Source: Dehalococcoidia bacterium
GTDB taxonomy: Bacteria > Chloroflexota > Dehalococcoidia > UBA2979
Length of the DNA: 64,000 nucleotides
Direction: 5' to 3'
Assembly (NCBI GenBank): GCA_965262725.1
Contig: OZ253555.1
Location: 32,001 to 96,000, forward strand
Part shown: piece after piece, positions 60,837-64,000 of the stretch
Numbering within the stretch: position 1 is the first letter of the stretch
How the letters are laid out: each line of letters opens with the position of its first letter
Translations under genes and position numbers: made by a program
The notes under the pieces: model-generated
The model's input: only the letters and a program-made list of their open reading frames with translations
Told to the model about the DNA's origin: nothing
Databases searched by the model: none

Positions 60837-61068
60837 ATTGGCATACTGACCGCACTATGCACAGGCGCCACATGCATCTGCTACGAGTCCGGGGACTTCG
60901 GGCGTGAGCGGTCTCTCCCTGCGCGGGCTGAACACGGCGTTGCGCCGCGAGATTCGGACGGTCGGCGTCAGCCATCGACGGCGACGCATCTTGCTGGTGA
61001 TCATCCTGGTCGCCGTCCTCGTCGGACGACACGCCGTCACGTGATCGCTAACGCCCTGTCACGACCGC
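60837..61068 (+). pseudogene. Internally deleted paralog of the GIY-YIG-TM gene
   Basis: Shares the ATTGGCATACTGA promoter, 5' codons and TM-coding 3' end; nuclease part missing. Confidence 0.7.
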
Positions 61069-61360
61069 CCGCGGGGGAAGCCGATGGGGCTCCTGACCTG
61101 CGTCGGGTGCAGCGTTCCGCTGCGCGAGGGCGGCCGAGGATTGGGCTGTCGTAGCAGAAGTGAATCGCTTGGGGCAGGAGCGATCAGGCGGCACCGCACG
61201 TCCGTCGCGGTCGGGCCCCCCGCCCCGCCGGGGCTGCCCATGGATCGACGGACGACATCCGCGAGCGTGGACCACTCCAAGGGCACGACGAGCGCCGCCC
61301 GGCTGCTCTCGGCCGAGCACTTCACGGTGGGCGGGACGCTGCTGAAGGCCTGGGCCTCGC

Positions 61361-61933
61361 TCAAGAGCGACCGCCCGAAAGAACTCCCGTCGGCCCTAGT
61401 CGCACCTCGCTGGTGCACGCATCGCACGTCTGCTCGTGAAGCCGGCGCTCCAGGGCGAGCGACTCGTCGGACCATCCCCGGGGTTGCGGCTCGCCGGGCA
61501 CCCGCAGCGCGAGGTTGCTCCGCGCCGCCCGGGCACCGAGCTCCGCGGCGACCTTGATGGCGGTCACCTTGTAGTGGCGTGACAGCAGGTACGCGTCGTC
61601 CATCGTCAGCGCGCAGCCACCGCCCGCGCCGTACTGCTCGACGAGTCCGTAGAAGTGACGCCAGAACCGGCGCGAGTGGTGCTCCGTCGGCGGTAGCACG
61701 AGGTGCACGATCTCGTGGAGGAGTGTCGACGCGAGGGCAGCATGGCCGCGATCCGCGGCTGCACGGATCACGATGCGGCGACGGCGAGGGTCCGCCCAGC
61801 TCTTCGGCCTCGGATCGCCCCAGTGCCACTCGATGCGGCAGTGGTACGGGTAGTCCGCGTCGTCCAGCACCCGGTGCGACAAGGCCTGCGCCCACTCGGG
61901 CGTCGGTAGCATGGGGAAGAAGATGTCGGCCAT
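61361..61933 (-). CDS. SprT-like zinc metallopeptidase, copy 2
   Basis: LLHEIVHL; lies within repeat 61251-61983, which matches 54169-54900. Confidence 0.8.
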   Translation of the reverse strand: MADIFFPMLPTPEWAQALSHRVLDDADYPYHCRIEWHWGDPRPKSWADPRRRRIVIRAAADRGHAALASTLLHEIVHLVLPPTEHHSRRFWRHFYGLVEQYGAGGGCALTMDDAYLLSRHYKVTAIKVAAELGARAARSNLALRVPGEPQPRGWSDESLALERRLHEQTCDACTSEVRLGPTGVLSGGRS

Positions 61934-62418
61934 CGCCTGCCCAGTCTGCCCCAACCTCGGCGCTGAGGCCCACCGGCGATACGGTCGCCCCCTTCGGCCC
62001 CGACATCGACCTCCGCAGATGGGGTTTGCGGTACGCGGAGTCGGGGGCCGCGATGGGTTGGCGAGCACCCACGCCGACCAGCCTCGTGGGCTGGCCCACT
62101 TGGGCGTTAGTGCAACGCAGCTGACTGGCGTCGTCCAAGAGAAGGCGCCGGCGCAATGCCAAGCGGCGGCTCGGATGGTTCAACCGGGGGCGAAGTTCTT
62201 GGATGACCTGCGTGTTGCTCACACCGGCGAGTGAAGTATCACTAGTAGCCATGGAGCGGATCCACCCATTCAGCCGCGCCTCCCTTCAGGGTGTGGTGAA
62301 GTTGCTCCGCCGCGCGACCAGCCTCTTCGCTTGGGCGCAGGAAGCATCGCGTCGCAAGCTACGGCAGGAGGTCTTGCCTGACATGCTAGCCGAGGAGGCG
62401 CCTGCCCGATCAGGGACA

Positions 62419-64000
62419 GTGATACTCGACACTCCGGGCGCTGCCGAGGCGCTCAACAGCATTTCGCGCAAGGAGCACCGGTTCTACCGGATTCACACCG
62501 CGTTCCAAGAGCACGTCGACACACGTGACAATCCAGTAGTGCAAGCGGTGGTCTGGATGCTGGGCTACCGATTCGTCGACGCCAATGACCGACCGAAGCG
62601 AGAGCGCTACAACACGTTCAAGCCCGACATTGAATTCCAAGACCGTATCTTCCCTCCGTACCTGGATGACGTGGGGCGCCGCGACGATATCCGGTCGATC
62701 TGGGGAGATCTCGCTGGCCTCGTGGAGTCCCCAGCGGTGAGGGCGCGACTGCATGATCTGCTGTGGATCACTGAGCGAGGGCCCGACCGTCACAGTCACG
62801 CCATCAGCGCGATCGAGAACTATCTGCTGGCTGCGACGCCGGCACCGGGCACCGATCCTTGTGTAGAACAGCGACTCGACAGCGTCAGCCAGCTCACGAG
62901 GGCGTCCGAGCTGTCCGGAATGATCGGCGCGCCGGAACTCGCCGCGCGTGTATGCGCCCGCGCTGTGGAAGTCGTCGCTAGCGAACTGTGTCAGGAGGAC
63001 GCCAGTTCTCGTCCCGGTGCCTGGATGCCGCTTCTCGATCTGCTGATCAGCCTTGACGAGGAACAGCGTCCGTCGGATCTGCCGGGATACCTTGCCCGTG
63101 CCCACGAGCTTCTGACCCACCCCAATCACCGCTTGGCGCTCTTCCAGATGGAGGAAAGGCTCGCCCGTGGTCATCAGGATGAGATTGACCGGATCCAGCA
63201 AGCGGAAGCTGACATGCTCATTTCACATGCCCTGCAGCAGGAGGGGGGCTCGCAAAGGCGCACTGGCTCAGACAGGCGCTTGAGCTCACACGAGGCAGGA
63301 GTTGGGCAGGGAGCACCGAGCAACGCATCGTCGGAGAGCTGCAGCAGATCGACCCTGACTCATTCGACTGGCAGCAGATCACGTCTCAGGTCGAGATCTC
63401 AGCGGGGGATGTAGAGCGTGTTGTCGAATCGATCGTTGGCGAGGATCAGATCGAGGCAGCGCTCAAGCGTTTCGCTATGCTCGGTGGATCTCCGGTCGGA
63501 ACCCGCGAAGCGAGCGAGCGGGCGGTAGACGAGGTTGCCCAGAAGCTCGTGATCACGAACCTAGTGAACCGTAGCGTGTTCGACGAGAACGGCTATCCGA
63601 TTCGGCATGCGGAGACCCCCGAGAGCAAGCGTGAACTGGACATCCTTTCGCATGAGGCGCAGAACATTCTGTGGGATGGACTCTTCCGCGTGGTCGCACT
63701 CGACAGAATCGGTGCGCAATACGATCCCGACAGAGCGACGCTCGCAGAGCTCTTTCTGACGGAGGTCATCAATCAAGAAGAGGCGGATGCCTTCGCGCGG
63801 GCATTCGAGCACTACCGGGGGGAACGACCTGACGAGGCGATCCTAGTAGCGATGCCGCGCATCGAAGCGGTATTCCGCAAGCTACTCGAGGCAAGCGGTG
63901 GCGTCATCTATGACCCACCTCGGGGGGAGCGTCCCGGAGGGGTGAGAACTCTGGCCCCCATACTCCGCGCCCTTGGGGCATCGGCCGGGGACGAGATGAC
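62419..64000 (+). CDS. DUF4209-like protein, frameshift near 63245, runs off the window end
   Basis: RARLHDLLW; the second frame stays open to the end with AILVAMPRIEAVFRKLL; shift in a G6 run. Confidence 0.7.

Overview
This is a high-GC accessory region. The gene families (PPOX F420 enzyme, PaREP1, plant-type LRR and RCC1 repeat proteins, PPxTG-tailed surface proteins) suggest a Chloroflexota/Dehalococcoidia-like, possibly host-associated bacterium; the taxonomy is inference. From left to right: (1) a decayed integrative conjugative element at 1-5.1 kb (Tyr integrase, Xis, primase, pilin, VirB6/VirB8-like genes, a PrgI::VirB4 deletion fusion); (2) a patchwork of gene fragments at 5-11.6 kb; (3) an LRR protein and a three-gene modular cell-surface cluster at 11.7-17 kb; (4) a degenerate type I-G cas7-csb2-cas3 operon with no visible array at 18.5-23.8 kb; (5) a toxin-antitoxin/defence hotspot at 24-64 kb, organised around one intact tRNA-Arg(TCG) and three partial copies. 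The hotspot holds Fic, DUF433/DUF5615, RES-Xre, MNT-HepT, HigBA-SecB (TAC), AbiE, HigBA-ImmA, PTP+ADP-ribosylglycohydrolase, GIY-YIG and DUF4209-like genes. The strongest novelty candidates are: an IS1595 transposon (33-bp TIRs, 8-bp TSD, inserted in a toxin gene) carrying a 71-nt alanine-identity tRNA-like/mini-tmRNA RNA; a lower-GC three-gene cassette ending in an ADP-ribosyltransferase-like gene; a modular surface-protein trio; and a palindromic operator shared by the conjugation and cas operons. All family calls come from motif recognition by eye; no searches were run. Several frameshifts lie in homopolymers and may be sequencing errors.
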